This document shows, piece after piece, positions 17,253 to 31,020 of a stretch of 64,000 bases of DNA. Each line of letters begins with the position of its first letter. Position 1 is the stretch's first letter. The notes beneath the pieces were generated by a model. That model was not told the DNA's origin and ran no database searches. It was given only the letters and a program-made list of their open reading frames with translations. The position numbers were made by a program, and so were the translations under genes. Source of the DNA: the human T2T-CHM13v2.0 reference genome, Homo sapiens; the NCBI RefSeq assembly GCF_009914755.1, contig NC_060927.1; one strand, written 5' to 3'.

Positions 17253-18578
17253 CTTCAATATTTTTAAAGATTATATAAAGAAAAGCATAGCTTCCACACA
17301 CAGTTCAGGAGTCAGGGCCCTGAGTGAAATGGAGTATAAGGTGATGGAAGATTGCCCCTGGCTTTGAGGATCATCTTGCTGGATGACCAGAGTTTGTTTT
17401 TCATCTGGAAGAATCATGGTCCCCCTCTTGGAGAGAACCTGGAGTCCTGGCCACACCTTCTGAGCTTCTGACATTAAGATTCGGTGTGGTGTGTGAGCAG
17501 CTGGGAGTAAATGTGAGAACAGTCCTGCCAACTACCTTCTCTGCCCCATCACCACTCACTTCACCTCCCTCACCCCGATTCTCACCCCAGAAAATCAATA
17601 TTAAGCTTCCCTTTGGAGGGGCCCCTCTTCTTTCTTTTTTTTTTAACCAGTTTTTTTTTCTCTGAAGCAATATCAAACATTAGAACAAATTCACCCACAC
17701 ACAATGATGGCCTCTAAATATTTGAAGACCATGTTGGTCTCCATGAGAGGGCTTCTTTGCTTCAGACTAAACCAAACCAGGTCCTTGTGTGATATTTCCC
17801 AAGCCTCTCTTTATCCTGCCAACCCTCCTTGGATGTCACACTTGGAATTGTCAAGGGTCACTTAATAGGCAGTGCCTGGAGTCAACACTGGCCCTCTGTT
17901 CTGGCCAGAAAGACACACTGTAATTCTGCTGAGTCTGCAAAGAATGTTCAAGGGGTATTTGTGTCCGTAGCTGCTCGTGCAGCATCTCAGCCTGCGGTGT
18001 CAGACTCGAACCCAGAGCTGTGTCAAATGAGTCAGGACTCCCCTCTGCTGCCCTTGTGCACTGGCAGGGGCACTAGGTTACTAGTGCTAGGAGACTCTGG
18101 TCAGTGCCCATCTGTGCTGTCACATGCAGGGCCCTGGCAGTGAGGTCTGGAGAAGGAAGAGAAGGGGCAGGGAACCCCACACGTTTTGCTGGTCATTTCC
18201 CACCGTGGTCCTGCCACGGGAACCCCCTTCTTCCACCTCCATTCCCCACTTTAGGCAGAAACATCTCTCATCCTTTTTCTTTTCTCCAAGAATCTTCCCC
18301 CAAAATCTTGGCATCTCCTATACACATCTGTACCTTTGCTATATCTGTGGGCCTTGTTCTCCCTGTAGGACTCCTCTTGGAAAGCTAACTCCCCCTGACA
18401 TTGGAGAATTTTATCAAATTGCTGAGTATCCTCCCTTCCCTCTCACAGACCCCATGGCATGCTCAGATCACAGTAGAAGACATTTCCTCTGCTGCCAAAC
18501 CCATGGCACTCTGAGGCTGACTGTGTCCACCTCATTCCCTCAGCTGTCTTCTCTTTGCTGCTATTACCATGTTCCAAG

Positions 18579-18768
18579 CAGACTTTGGAGCATCTCCCCC
18601 ACAGCAGCATGGACTTTGGCAGATTTCTTGGGGACCAGCGATGTCCTAACCTGTTTGCTTTTCCAGGGCTGATGTTTGCAGGGTGTTTTTTTTTTTCTTT
18701 TGAACCAAAGCAGAAATCATCCTGTATCCTTATGCAATTCTTCCGGCAGGCTCCAACAGATAAATAAA
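18579..18768 (+). promoter_or_regulatory. AHSG: AHSG liver promoter
   Basis: HNF4-type TGGACTTTG (18610-18618), FOXA TGTTTGC twice (18652-18658, 18673-18679), C/EBP TTATGCAAT (18730-18738), TATA-like GATAAATAAA (18759-18768) about 105 bp before the ATG. Confidence 0.75.
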
Positions 18769-18870
18769 GCCCACCACCCTCCATGGGTCTACCTTTCCCA
18801 GCAGAGCACCTGGGTTGGTCCCGAAGCCTCCAACCACCTGCACGCCTGCCAGGGCCTCTCTGGGGCAGCC

Positions 18871-19083
18871 ATGAAGTCCCTCGTCCTGCTCCTTTGTCTT
18901 GCTCAGCTCTGGGGCTGCCACTCAGCCCCACATGGCCCAGGGCTGATTTATAGACAACCGAACTGCGATGATCCAGAAACTGAGGAAGCAGCTCTGGTGG
19001 CTATAGACTACATCAATCAAAACCTTCCTTGGGGATACAAACACACCTTGAACCAGATTGATGAAGTAAAGGTGTGGCCTCAG
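18871..19083 (+). CDS. AHSG: Fetuin-A (alpha-2-HS-glycoprotein) coding exon 1: signal peptide and start of cystatin domain 1
   Basis: GCAGCCATG, MKSLVLLLCLAQLWGCHSAPHGPGLIYRQPNCDD...KVWPQ; donor CAG|GTAAGT. Confidence 0.98.
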
Positions 19084-20023
19084 GTAAGTGGACCTGCTGT
19101 CTATGAGCTGAAATAATGTGTACATGGAGCTCAATCAGGTGCCTCAAAAAATCACCATCACCCAGTGCAAATGAAACCACAGAGGAGTAAATTCTCTGAT
19201 TTCTTCCCAGGAGTGAGGGAAGGGGCAGGCAGAGGGCAGGAGAGGAGACATTCTGTATGGCAGTCATGGGTGTCAGGAGGGAGCTGGGTGGGGTGTGAGG
19301 TGGTGTGCAGGAGAAAAAGTGCTTCAAATGGTAGTGTGCAGATCACAGACAGAAAGTGTAACTTGCTGGAAAAACTAGGACCCAAGAGACCAGCTCCTAG
19401 TTGCCAAGTTACCACTGGCTGAAAATCACGTATCTGTCTTTGGTTTGGTTTCTCTCTAACAAAGACTGAGAATGAATAAAACTAGCATCTGGCAGATGCC
19501 TACTATATGCCAGGCCCATTCACATAGATTATCTCATTTACTCTTTCCCGGTCCTGCCTCCTGGTGCTGTGTGGTACATATATTGTTCTTGTCTTACCCA
19601 AGAGGAGACCAAGGCTCTGTTGTGTGTGTGTGTGCAGTTTTTTTGTTTTTTGTTTTTGTCTTTTTTTTTTTGGTCCAAAATCATATAATTACTAAGTCTT
19701 CAGGCTGGGATTTGATTCCATATCTGTGTTCCTTCTTCTACACAAACTGCCTCCCAAAGAGAGTTACCCACATCCCAGAGAGAAGTCTTGGCATAAACAC
19801 AATTCACCTCCTCACACACTAGACAGGAAACCAACGCAGCTTGAAGCCAGTGACAAGAAAAATCAAGCTGGAAATATGCCTCGGGGATCAGTCAAGAGAT
19901 TTGGAGAGGTGGAAAGAAGCTGTCTGCCTACTGCCTGTTTTGAAATTAGATTTATTTCTGATTAAGGACAATTCTTTCAGCAAATATGTATTACAAGCCT
20001 TCCTTGGACAAGAACCAGAGATA

Positions 20024-20102
20024 TTAGGTTGAACCATATAAAACTGCCATTTTTCTATATCAAAAGCAACCAAATATTGGCCGTTTTAATGGTTCAACCT
20101 AA
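20024..20102. mobile_element. MADE2-like mariner MITE in AHSG intron 1
   Basis: Perfect inverted repeat TATTAGGTTGAACCAT (20022-20037) / ATGGTTCAACCTAATA (20089-20104), including the TA TSD. Confidence 0.85.
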
Positions 20103-21413
20103 TACAGTGGTGAAAAAGGCACAATATGTGCCCACAAGAGCTTACAATCTAGGTTGGAAAATAAGGTCAACAACAGGAAGCCTGGACCGACTGACGACTG
20201 CCATCCGTCTCACAAAGAGACAAAATATTTGAAATCAGGATTGCTCCGGATGGATTTTAAGAGTGCTGCAGCCATATTAAAGCACAGTGGTGGTTAGGAG
20301 GAAACGCTGATCAAGTCAGGGGAAATGAACACGCAACACGCACATCTGAGGGAAAAGGTAATCATGAATGGGCATTGTGACTTTTACTAAAGGCAGAGCT
20401 TCAGAGTTGGTTCCCTTGAGAAACCCAGGTGTACCCGGTTCCTGTTCGCCAGAGCTGTGAACGCTTTCAGGCAGTCACTCTGGGCACACCTGGACATCAT
20501 AAAATGCGGAGCTTCTCCCAGGGGAGGGGATGCTGAGGCTTCAGGTACTAGTGAATCAGGCAGAACCAATGAGAGGCAAACAGAGCTGGGCTGAGAGGAG
20601 AAAAGGCATACTTGTACCTTCTGGATTTTTCAGGCTTCGAAGACAAGATACAGAAACAGGTGAACTCACAAGAATATCTCCAAGGATTGTTGCAAGCTCC
20701 CTCGTGTCTACACTAGTGACATCCAGTTTCCTGTCAGAGGGAGACATGCCCTTCCCCATTATCGCCAGCAGGGGGAAGTAGAGAGCAGCATCGTTGCATG
20801 CCGGCACCTGCTGCACAAGCCAAGACAAAGGAAAAACCAAGGACAACAGCAGCAAAAACCTCTAGGAGGGAAAAGAAAACGGAGGAAGGAAGGAAAGCAA
20901 ATAATGAAAAGGAAGAAAGAAAGAAGGAGAGGGAGGGATAGAGGAGATTAAAAAAAGACAGTAAGATATTACCCTACACCACCTTATTTTGCAGCTTGTC
21001 TGAGAAAAATCCAAACTTGCATTTTCCAAAGCACTGCTTGAAGAGTGAAATCTTAAAAAATTAAATAAATAATAAATACAAATAAGTGTTAACACCCATT
21101 TGTAGTTTTCAAATAGAGCTCAGAGTGAGGGCTGTGGCTCCATCGACTTGTTCAAGCCCAGGACCCCGTCTGCTTTGCGAGCATCATCTGGTGCTTCCTT
21201 AATCAACAGACGAAGACCAGACAAGCCCTGGTCATTGTCCTGCCCACAGGCCAGTTCAGAGCTAGACGGAGTTGCAGACTGACAGTAAGAATGACATTTC
21301 CCTCACCTCTCCAAAAGCGGGGTGCTCTCAAGCCCAATGAGGGCGCATACCGTGGACCGCACCACAGGATCAGGGGAATAGGTTGCTCACGGCTTCACTC
21401 TTTGTCTCCACAG

Positions 21414-21524
21414 CAGCCCTCCGGAGAGCTGTTTGAGATTGAAATAGACACCCTGGAAACCACCTGCCATGTGCTGGACCCCACCCCTGTGGCAAGATGC
21501 AGCGTGAGGCAGCTGAAGGAGCAT
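21414..21524 (+). CDS. AHSG: Fetuin-A exon 2
   Basis: QPSGELFEIEIDTLETTCHVLDPTPVARCSVRQLKEH; 111 nt; AG/GT boundaries. Confidence 0.97.
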
Positions 21525-21642
21525 GTGAGTACCCTTCTTAGGATGACTGTAGGTGGCCCTTCGGCCAGCTCCACCGATTCACCCAGCGTCTCAGCCTGCC
21601 TTCTTGGCTAGCCAGGGTGCAGTTTCTAAAATTGCCATTTGT

Positions 21643-21960
<318 letters not shown>

Positions 21961-22171
21961 AAATTGCCATTTGATGCCACTTGCCCTGGGGCTGATTTTT
22001 ACAAGCGTTTAACTATATCGTTGTATCCCTGAAAGCAGAGAGTGCCATGTTTCAGTATTACCCAGCAAAGGCGATTTTGCAAGGGTCACCTTTGACAGCC
22101 GTGCCTGGAGGGAGCCTGCCCGGGGTGCGAAGGGGAAGGGCAGCCATCCTCACGTGGGTTTCTTTCTCCAG

Positions 22172-22256
22172 GCTGTCGAAGGAGACTGTGATTTCCAGCT
22201 GTTGAAACTAGATGGCAAGTTTTCCGTGGTATACGCAAAATGTGATTCCAGTCCAG
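22172..22256 (+). CDS. AHSG: Fetuin-A exon 3
   Basis: AVEGDCDFQLLKLDGKFSVVYAKCDSSP; 85 nt, phase-1 end. Confidence 0.97.
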
Positions 22257-22425
22257 GTACAGATGACTATTCTTATTCTCATTTTTTCCTTGTAGAGAAA
22301 GTGGGGAAGGGATCTGAATAATTTTCAACTTAAGTAGTTCTAGCAGCTTTGTCGGTGAGGAAAAGGAGAAGCCAAATTTCCTGGGTTCTGGGATTTTTAA
22401 AATTGTGTTTTAAGAAGCTACTCTT

Positions 22426-22818
<393 letters not shown>

Positions 22819-22915
22819 CTATCTGGGGAATGCCTTAGCCCTTGCTAACGCAGCAGAGCTGGGGCCATGCCAGGGAGAATGGCTGCCCACATCCTGGTTT
22901 CCTCTCTCCGAGCAG

Positions 22916-23079
22916 ACTCAGCCGAGGACGTGCGCAAGGTGTGCCAAGACTGCCCCCTGCTGGCCCCGCTGAACGACACCAGGGTGGTGCACGCCGCGAA
23001 AGCTGCCCTGGCCGCCTTCAACGCTCAGAACAACGGCTCCAATTTTCAGCTGGAGGAAATTTCCCGGGCTCAGCTTGTG
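22916..23079 (+). CDS. AHSG: Fetuin-A exon 4 (start of cystatin domain 2)
   Basis: DSAEDVRKVCQDCPLLAPLNDTRVVHAAK...ISRAQLV; 164 nt. Confidence 0.97.
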
Positions 23080-24264
23080 GTAAAGACTGAGATTCTTTTG
23101 ACAGGTTGGGCAGTTCGGTGGCACTTCGGGAATGTACTGTACGTGGTGGAGCGGGAGGCAGGGAAGAACAGGCGCAGGGGCAGCGATGAGAAAGCAAGGA
23201 GAGGGTTGTTTGGAAAGGGAAGAAAGCATCCTAAGGGGGTATGAGGCTCCTGAGTGTCATGAGGACCCCAACACCCTCAGCGCCTCCCCCATGCTGAGCC
23301 ACTGTAACGTCCAGCAGCCACAGCTGCCGGCAGGTACATCCCCACTCCCTCCGTTCCAGCTAAAACCAAAGCTCAGTGTCAGCTGGTAGAGTTGCCCACG
23401 TCGGCCAGAAGCACTCACTGTAAATTTGCTGGGCTCCAGTACCACCCATCTCCGCTGAACATCTGCCACAGACTCGTAATTAATACTCACTTGTGCTGAC
23501 AAGCTTATAATGGCAAGATCTTAAAATGCCTTTCGAGTCACTGGAGAAAACATCTCATTGTACTGTGGGTGGTTTAGCACATTGGAATTCAACAGAATTC
23601 AAATGTTTAAGAAAATGTATTCTGGATATCAGCCATGGCCATACTTGGAAATACGCTAGTATAGACGGCAATTCTATTAATCAGAATATGTGATTCTCAG
23701 AACATCCCCACCCCAGACTACACCAAATAACAGATATTTTATTGTGTCCATATGCTCCAACTACTTTAAAAAAGAAAAGCTCAAGTGATATCTTCCATAC
23801 TTTCATCTAAATCTTTTCATTTGAGCCTGCTCTATGAAACAGGTGGAAGAGGTATTAATCTCTTCACTTTCCCACCCTATTTTGGAATAACCTGAACCTT
23901 GGGTATCAAGTGCAGCCCAAGAGTGAGGGCTGGGGGGAGGCAGGGTTCCCACTCCTATCAGTCTAATGCTGGCCTTCTGATTCCGGTTTCCTATCTGCAA
24001 ACTCACCTCCACCCTGAAGGACCGGTGATGGATACTTGCCCCTCCTACAAGGAAGACACAACCCCTACCTCTAAAGCACAAGCACTTGAGAACACAACCC
24101 CATAGCAACTGCCCTATGTAAGCCATTGAGGGACATGTCTTCTGGGCCGACGCATGGTCTGCATGAATGGTGCTCCCCGAAGGAGGCTACTTCCCGCTCT
24201 CCTTCTCTGCCCTTTTCATTGTAAGTCATCTTTCCTCAAGAGCATTTTCATGTACTCTTCTCAG

Positions 24265-24366
24265 CCCCTCCCACCTTCTACCTATGTGGAGTTTACAGTG
24301 TCTGGCACTGACTGTGTTGCTAAAGAGGCCACAGAGGCAGCCAAGTGTAACCTGCTGGCAGAAAAG
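24265..24366 (+). CDS. AHSG: Fetuin-A exon 5
   Basis: PLPPSTYVEFTVSGTDCVAKEATEAAKCNLLAEK; 102 nt; AAG|GTGAGT. Confidence 0.97.
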
Positions 24367-24716
24367 GTGAGTGGGCCGGGACCTTGGGGTGTTACCACTC
24401 GGACAGAGCTGTTTGTGGAACAGAACATCCTTGGATAGTTTGTATCTTGGGGCTGCAGACAGAGAATAACAGTGCAAATCCCCTCTCCCTGTGGATCACG
24501 GCAAGCCTTCTTTTAGGGTGTCACCTCATCCCTTTAAGAGCTGTCATCAAATCATCTCACCCACTGGAAGCACATGAAGTTAGGAGAAAGAGAGAGGCTA
24601 TTTGCTAATGAAGCCAAGTCACGCCCACCCACTGGGAATGTGAAGTGCACATTTTCTAGACATATAACTCTGATACAAAAGCTTTCAAGTCCTTGAGCCA
24701 ATAATGTACACTTCTA

Positions 24717-25091
<375 letters not shown>

Positions 25092-25585
25092 TTATTATGG
25101 ATATAAAGAGACCAAAAAAGAGAGATCTGTATGTCCAACAGGAAGGTGTCATTGAATAATCCATGCACATCAGTAAATAGAAAATTGTGCAGACACTAAA
25201 AATTGTGTTTTCAAGGAATAATGAATGATATGAGAAAATGCTATTATGGCAAGTGAAAACACACAGGATACAACATCGTATAGTCACAATGATCTCAATT
25301 TTTAAATCATATTTAATAGTATTTTAAAATAAGAAAGAAATGCATCAATGTTAACAGTCCTTCTTTCTAGGCCACCACCAGAAAGGGATTATGGGTAATC
25401 TCTCTCACTCTCAAAGTATTTCTGTATTTCCATGTTATATATAGAATCATATACCTCCCACAAGCAGAAACTATAACTTTAAGAAAAATGGTTTTTCAAA
25501 CTAATTTAAGGTTGGCGCGTCAATGAAATTGGGGGGGATCCATTTTTGAAATTAGTTAAAATAAATCCTCTTTCTCTGTGGGCAG

Positions 25586-25669
25586 CAATATGGCTTTTGT
25601 AAGGCAACACTCAGTGAGAAGCTTGGTGGGGCAGAGGTTGCAGTGACCTGCATGGTGTTCCAAACACAG
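25586..25669 (+). CDS. AHSG: Fetuin-A exon 6
   Basis: QYGFCKATLSEKLGGAEVAVTCMVFQTQ; 84 nt; CAG|GTAACA. Confidence 0.97.
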
Positions 25670-26314
25670 GTAACAGCTCCGTGAATATTCTTGCCTACAC
25701 CTTCAGAATACAATGACCCCTTCACATTTATGCAGTGCAGTAGTGATGACAGGACATTTGCTCTCCTGTGCTTCTGAATCTCACAGTATGAAATAACACT
25801 GGGGTATGCGGAATCATCAACAAATGGAAGGATATTTTAGCTATGCCTTTCCCTCCCACGAACTAGTGACTACAGGGAAGAACCATCTTACTGTGTAGTT
25901 GACAAAGCCACCTTTTTATTTGTGGGAGGTGGGAGTGGTTTTCTGAGTTGCAGAGACCAGGTGGCCAGATCTACCTGTTAGCTCCCAGTGGCTGCAGCTT
26001 CAGATGACAAAGAGGGTGGCACTGCTGGGCAAGGGTGAGCCATAGGTGGGGTGCTTTTACTCATTGGACATATGCGTGTAAGTCCACCATCACAAAGACA
26101 ATCCTAGTGAGGCCGGGGCCAACATAGGCCAGTCACCCCTCCTTGTAACCTTGATGACAATCCCTTGTACTTGGGTAGGTCCTTTCTTGCTAGACTCTTT
26201 GCAAATAAAAATGTATAATGTGAGGAAATTGGGTGCCAGTGCCACCTGGGCCTGTGGGTTGTCTTGCCTGGGAGGAGGAAGCAAACTAACTGAAGGAAAT
26301 GGTCCTTTTTCCAG

Positions 26315-26659
26315 CCCGTGAGCTCACAGCCCCAACCAGAAGGTGCCAATGAAGCAGTCCCCACACCCGTGGTGGACCCAGATGCACCTCCGTCCCCTCC
26401 ACTTGGCGCACCTGGACTCCCTCCAGCTGGCTCACCCCCAGACTCCCATGTGTTACTGGCAGCTCCTCCAGGACACCAGTTGCACCGGGCGCACTACGAC
26501 CTGCGCCACACCTTCATGGGTGTGGTCTCATTGGGGTCACCCTCAGGAGAAGTGTCGCACCCCCGGAAAACACGCACAGTGGTGCAGCCTAGTGTTGGTG
26601 CTGCTGCTGGGCCAGTGGTTCCTCCATGTCCGGGGAGGATCAGACACTTCAAGGTCTAG
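26315..26659 (+). CDS. AHSG: Fetuin-A exon 7 (Pro-rich domain, connecting peptide, B chain)
   Basis: PVSSQPQPEG...CPGRIRHFKV*; spliced CDS totals 1104 nt = 367 aa. Confidence 0.98.
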   Translation, partial: PVSSQPQPEGANEAVPTPVVDPDAPPSPPLGAPGLPPAGSPPDSHVLLAAPPGHQLHRAHYDLRHTFMGVVSLGSPSGEVSHPRKTRTVVQPSVGAAAGPVVPPCPGRIRHFKV

Positions 26660-27024
26660 GCTAGACATGGCAGAGATGAGGAGGTTTGGCACAGAAAACA
26701 TAGCCACCATTTTGTCCAAGCCTGGGCATGGGTGGGGGGCCTTGTCTGCTGGCCACGCAAGTGTCACATGCGATCTACATTAATATCAAGTCTTGACTCC
26801 CTACTTCCCGTCATTCCTCACAGGACAGAAGCAGAGTGGGTGGTGGTTATGTTTGACAGAAGGCATTAGGTTGACAACTTGTCATGATTTTGACGGTAAG
26901 CCACCATGATTGTGTTCTCTGCCTCTGGTTGACCTTACAAAAACCATTGGAACTGTGACTTTGAAAGGTGCTCTTGCTAAGCTTATATGTGCCTGTTAAT
27001 GAAAGTGCCTGAAAGACCTTCCTT

Positions 27025-27030
27025 AATAAA
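27025..27030 (+). terminator. AHSG: AHSG polyadenylation signal
   Basis: AATAAA about 365 nt after the stop, followed by GT-rich sequence. Confidence 0.8.
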
Positions 27031-27235
27031 GAAGGTTCTAAGCTGAATGTGGTCATGCTTATTGCGACTTCATCCCAGCTCCCCTCACATGCATAGCCTT
27101 TTACCCCAACAAACACAGTGTCCCTAATCAAAATCAAAGTGAAAAGAGAACCAAAAGAGAACAAAAACCTGCTGTATTGCCAGATACAGGAAAAAGTGAG
27201 ACTAGGATCTTTCCACAACCCATAAGATGTGACCA

Positions 27236-27573
<338 letters not shown>

Positions 27574-29522
27574 TCATTTTATAAGAGAGAGAAAATATTG
27601 CTAAAGGTGGGCCAAGCTCCTGAACTTTGTACAGAATAAACTATCCATTGATTTTCTCCAGTACCGAGGTAAGGAGGGATTGGTAATTAAAACAAGATCC
27701 TCACTTTATATCTGTTGTTAATTATGTTTAAGATATACGTTGAGTGTACTGTATACACTTCATTTTATAACACAAGATTGGTCTTCCTAGCCAATCTATT
27801 TTAAGGACCCAAGTTAAAGCTGTGACTTGTAGTATCATTAGATAAAGGATGCCTGGACAGGTGAATCCCGTGGACATTTGTAGACACCGTCCAAGTGCTC
27901 AGATAGCATATGTGAATAAACCCTCCCCATTTTAGCATGGTCCCTGGGCAATTTCAATTTTTGTCCATCAGCATTAAGTTTTTCCGATCTACCTCAGTGA
28001 TGGGCCCTTTCAGATGGAATTTTAGAGGGCAGGACTGACACCCAGTTGAGTGACTTCACTTTAAACCAAGGAGAATGAATCAAGTGTTGACACTCACCTT
28101 ATCACTTGTGCCTAGAGGTTTTGCCAATATTCCAGTAACCAAAAGGAAAGGCCAGAAAGGTAAGAAAACCACTAGGTGTCACGGAAGCCAGAGAAGAAGC
28201 TATGGGCAGCTGTGCTAAATGCTGTAGAAAGAGCAGTAAGGACGACTGACTCTGAGGTCATGGTGACCACTGGCAGATGCAGTTGCTCTAGGGGCATCCT
28301 GGTTGTCAAGAGTTTACTGGTGTTGTTGCTGTAGGGAGACTGGAGAGTGGGCTGTAGCTGGGCAAGAGTAGCCACAGGATAGAAAGTCACTAGAGCTTTC
28401 TAGAGAAAAGATTAACATGAGTTGGTCTAAGGTGGTGGGCAGTGGACATGATAAAAAGAGGTTATAATTTGGAGGTAGAACTCCCAAGACCTGCTGATGA
28501 ATTTGATATGGGAGTGAGAAAGACGTGAAGGATGATGATTCCTGGATTTGTGGCTTTGTGAACTGGATAGATGTGTGTGTGTGTGTGGGGGGGGGGCATT
28601 TACTGAGGCAGTGAATTCTAGTTTGTTTCATTTGCATTACCTCAGTTTCCCTCCTCTCCAACTTAAAATTCGTGCAGATGATTTTTCTATGTCTATTTTT
28701 CTGTGTCTGGCTAATGCATGCCTTGATCTCATGTCTCTCAAAGAAGCAGTGAAGTCACATAGACCTGCAAAACCTGAGCCAAGCTGCTTCACCTTTCACT
28801 TCTTTCTGCCCACATTATACAACCAGACATAGATAACAGCTGATGTACTGGTGTTGGGAGGATTAAATGAGATGCTACAAATTTATGTATGACACCTTCT
28901 TGACACATTCTAGGTTCTCAGTAAGTGCCCTCCCTTTCTGCTGCTGCTCCTCATCCTCTGAATTTGGTGGCCTCAGAAGATTATGTTGTTGACCTTCTCT
29001 TAAATATGTACTCTGCTTGGCAAGTTTATCCTCTCTCATGATTTAAACTATCATTGTTACCCAGATAACTGCAACTTAATAGCTCCAGATTGGACCTCTT
29101 TATTGAATTCTAACATTGCATTTCCAAATACCTTCAGGATTTCCTCACTAGAATTACCTAAAACAGTTTCCTATGTGACTTGTTTCCTCTAAATGATGCA
29201 TATCTGGAGACAGCATTATTCAAAATGTGCATTATTTTAAAATTACTTATTCCCAATAATAATAGAGAGAATGAGTTACAGAGCTGTTAAATCTACCACC
29301 CTTATAGCACATTTTTTGTATTAATGCTGCTCGGTACTTTCTTAACATTATTATTTTACAGAGTGTTCTCTCCTAAATTAATAGCATTACATATGTCTCA
29401 TTTCTTTGCCTTCTTAGTGGATTTTAATCATGTCTAACACATGTTTCAAAGTTATTGGATTTCAGGTGCATTTTTCCATACTTGTGTCACTACTACCAAT
29501 TAAGAATATTTGGTGGATGTTA

Positions 29523-29864
<342 letters not shown>

Positions 29865-30192
29865 TTAAATGTTATTAAAAAGTAACAATTCATATAGAAA
29901 AACATTGATAATATATTTTGAAATGAAAAAAGTGGGTTATAAAGTGGTATAATCCTGAATTTCTAAAATTAATTTATATATGTAGACATATTAATATACA
30001 CATACAGACATAAAAAATTACCAAGTAACAGGAAGAAAAACTAAAATACTAACAGTGGTTATATCTGAATTATGGAATAATGGGGAGCTGCTTTTCTTTG
30101 TTGTATTAATGCTTTGTCTTATTTCCTAAACTTTCTATAATGCTCAAGTTTTACTTTCGTAGAAAGATATTTTTATTTTGTTTGTCCAGAAT

Positions 30193-30402
30193 AGGGGTTA
30201 GAAAACGTTTTAGTGAAGGACCAGATAGTAAATATCTTTGGTGTTATGGACCATGTGGTCTCTATTTCAATGCAACTCTGCTATTTTAGGAAGAAAGCAA
30301 CTATAGCCAATATATAAATGAATAGGCATGGCTGTATTCCAATAAAACTTTTATTACAAAATTAGCAGTGAGCTGAATTTGGCCTTTGGCTATAGTTTGC
30401 CA
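30193..30402 (+). mobile_element. MER58-like hAT DNA transposon
   Basis: CCAGATAGTAAATAT...GGCATGGCTGTATTCCAATAAAACTTT...TATAGTTTGCC, recognised from memory of the consensus. Confidence 0.7.
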
Positions 30403-30572
30403 GGGTGGCCTAGAACAGTGGAAATAAGGAGAAATCGAGTTGGGGGGAAAAATGGCAGTCAAAGAGTAGATCAGTTTCACATGGAGTTAGATGCTGGTCT
30501 CTGGTATCAAGCTGGTCAAGCGAGAAAGAAGTAAGGGTGTTGTCTGTACAGAAGATGAATCCATGTGAATAA

Positions 30573-31020
<448 letters not shown>

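Noticed and set aside
18124-18931. 182-aa (+) and 162-aa (-) ORFs, and an N-terminal extension of AHSG from 18676
   Set aside because: They overlap the promoter and resemble no protein I recognise; the AHSG extension starts at a non-ATG codon upstream of the TATA element
26343-26783. 146-aa alternative-frame ORF over AHSG exon 7
   Set aside because: Expected in GC-rich coding DNA; no independent start context or splice route supports it
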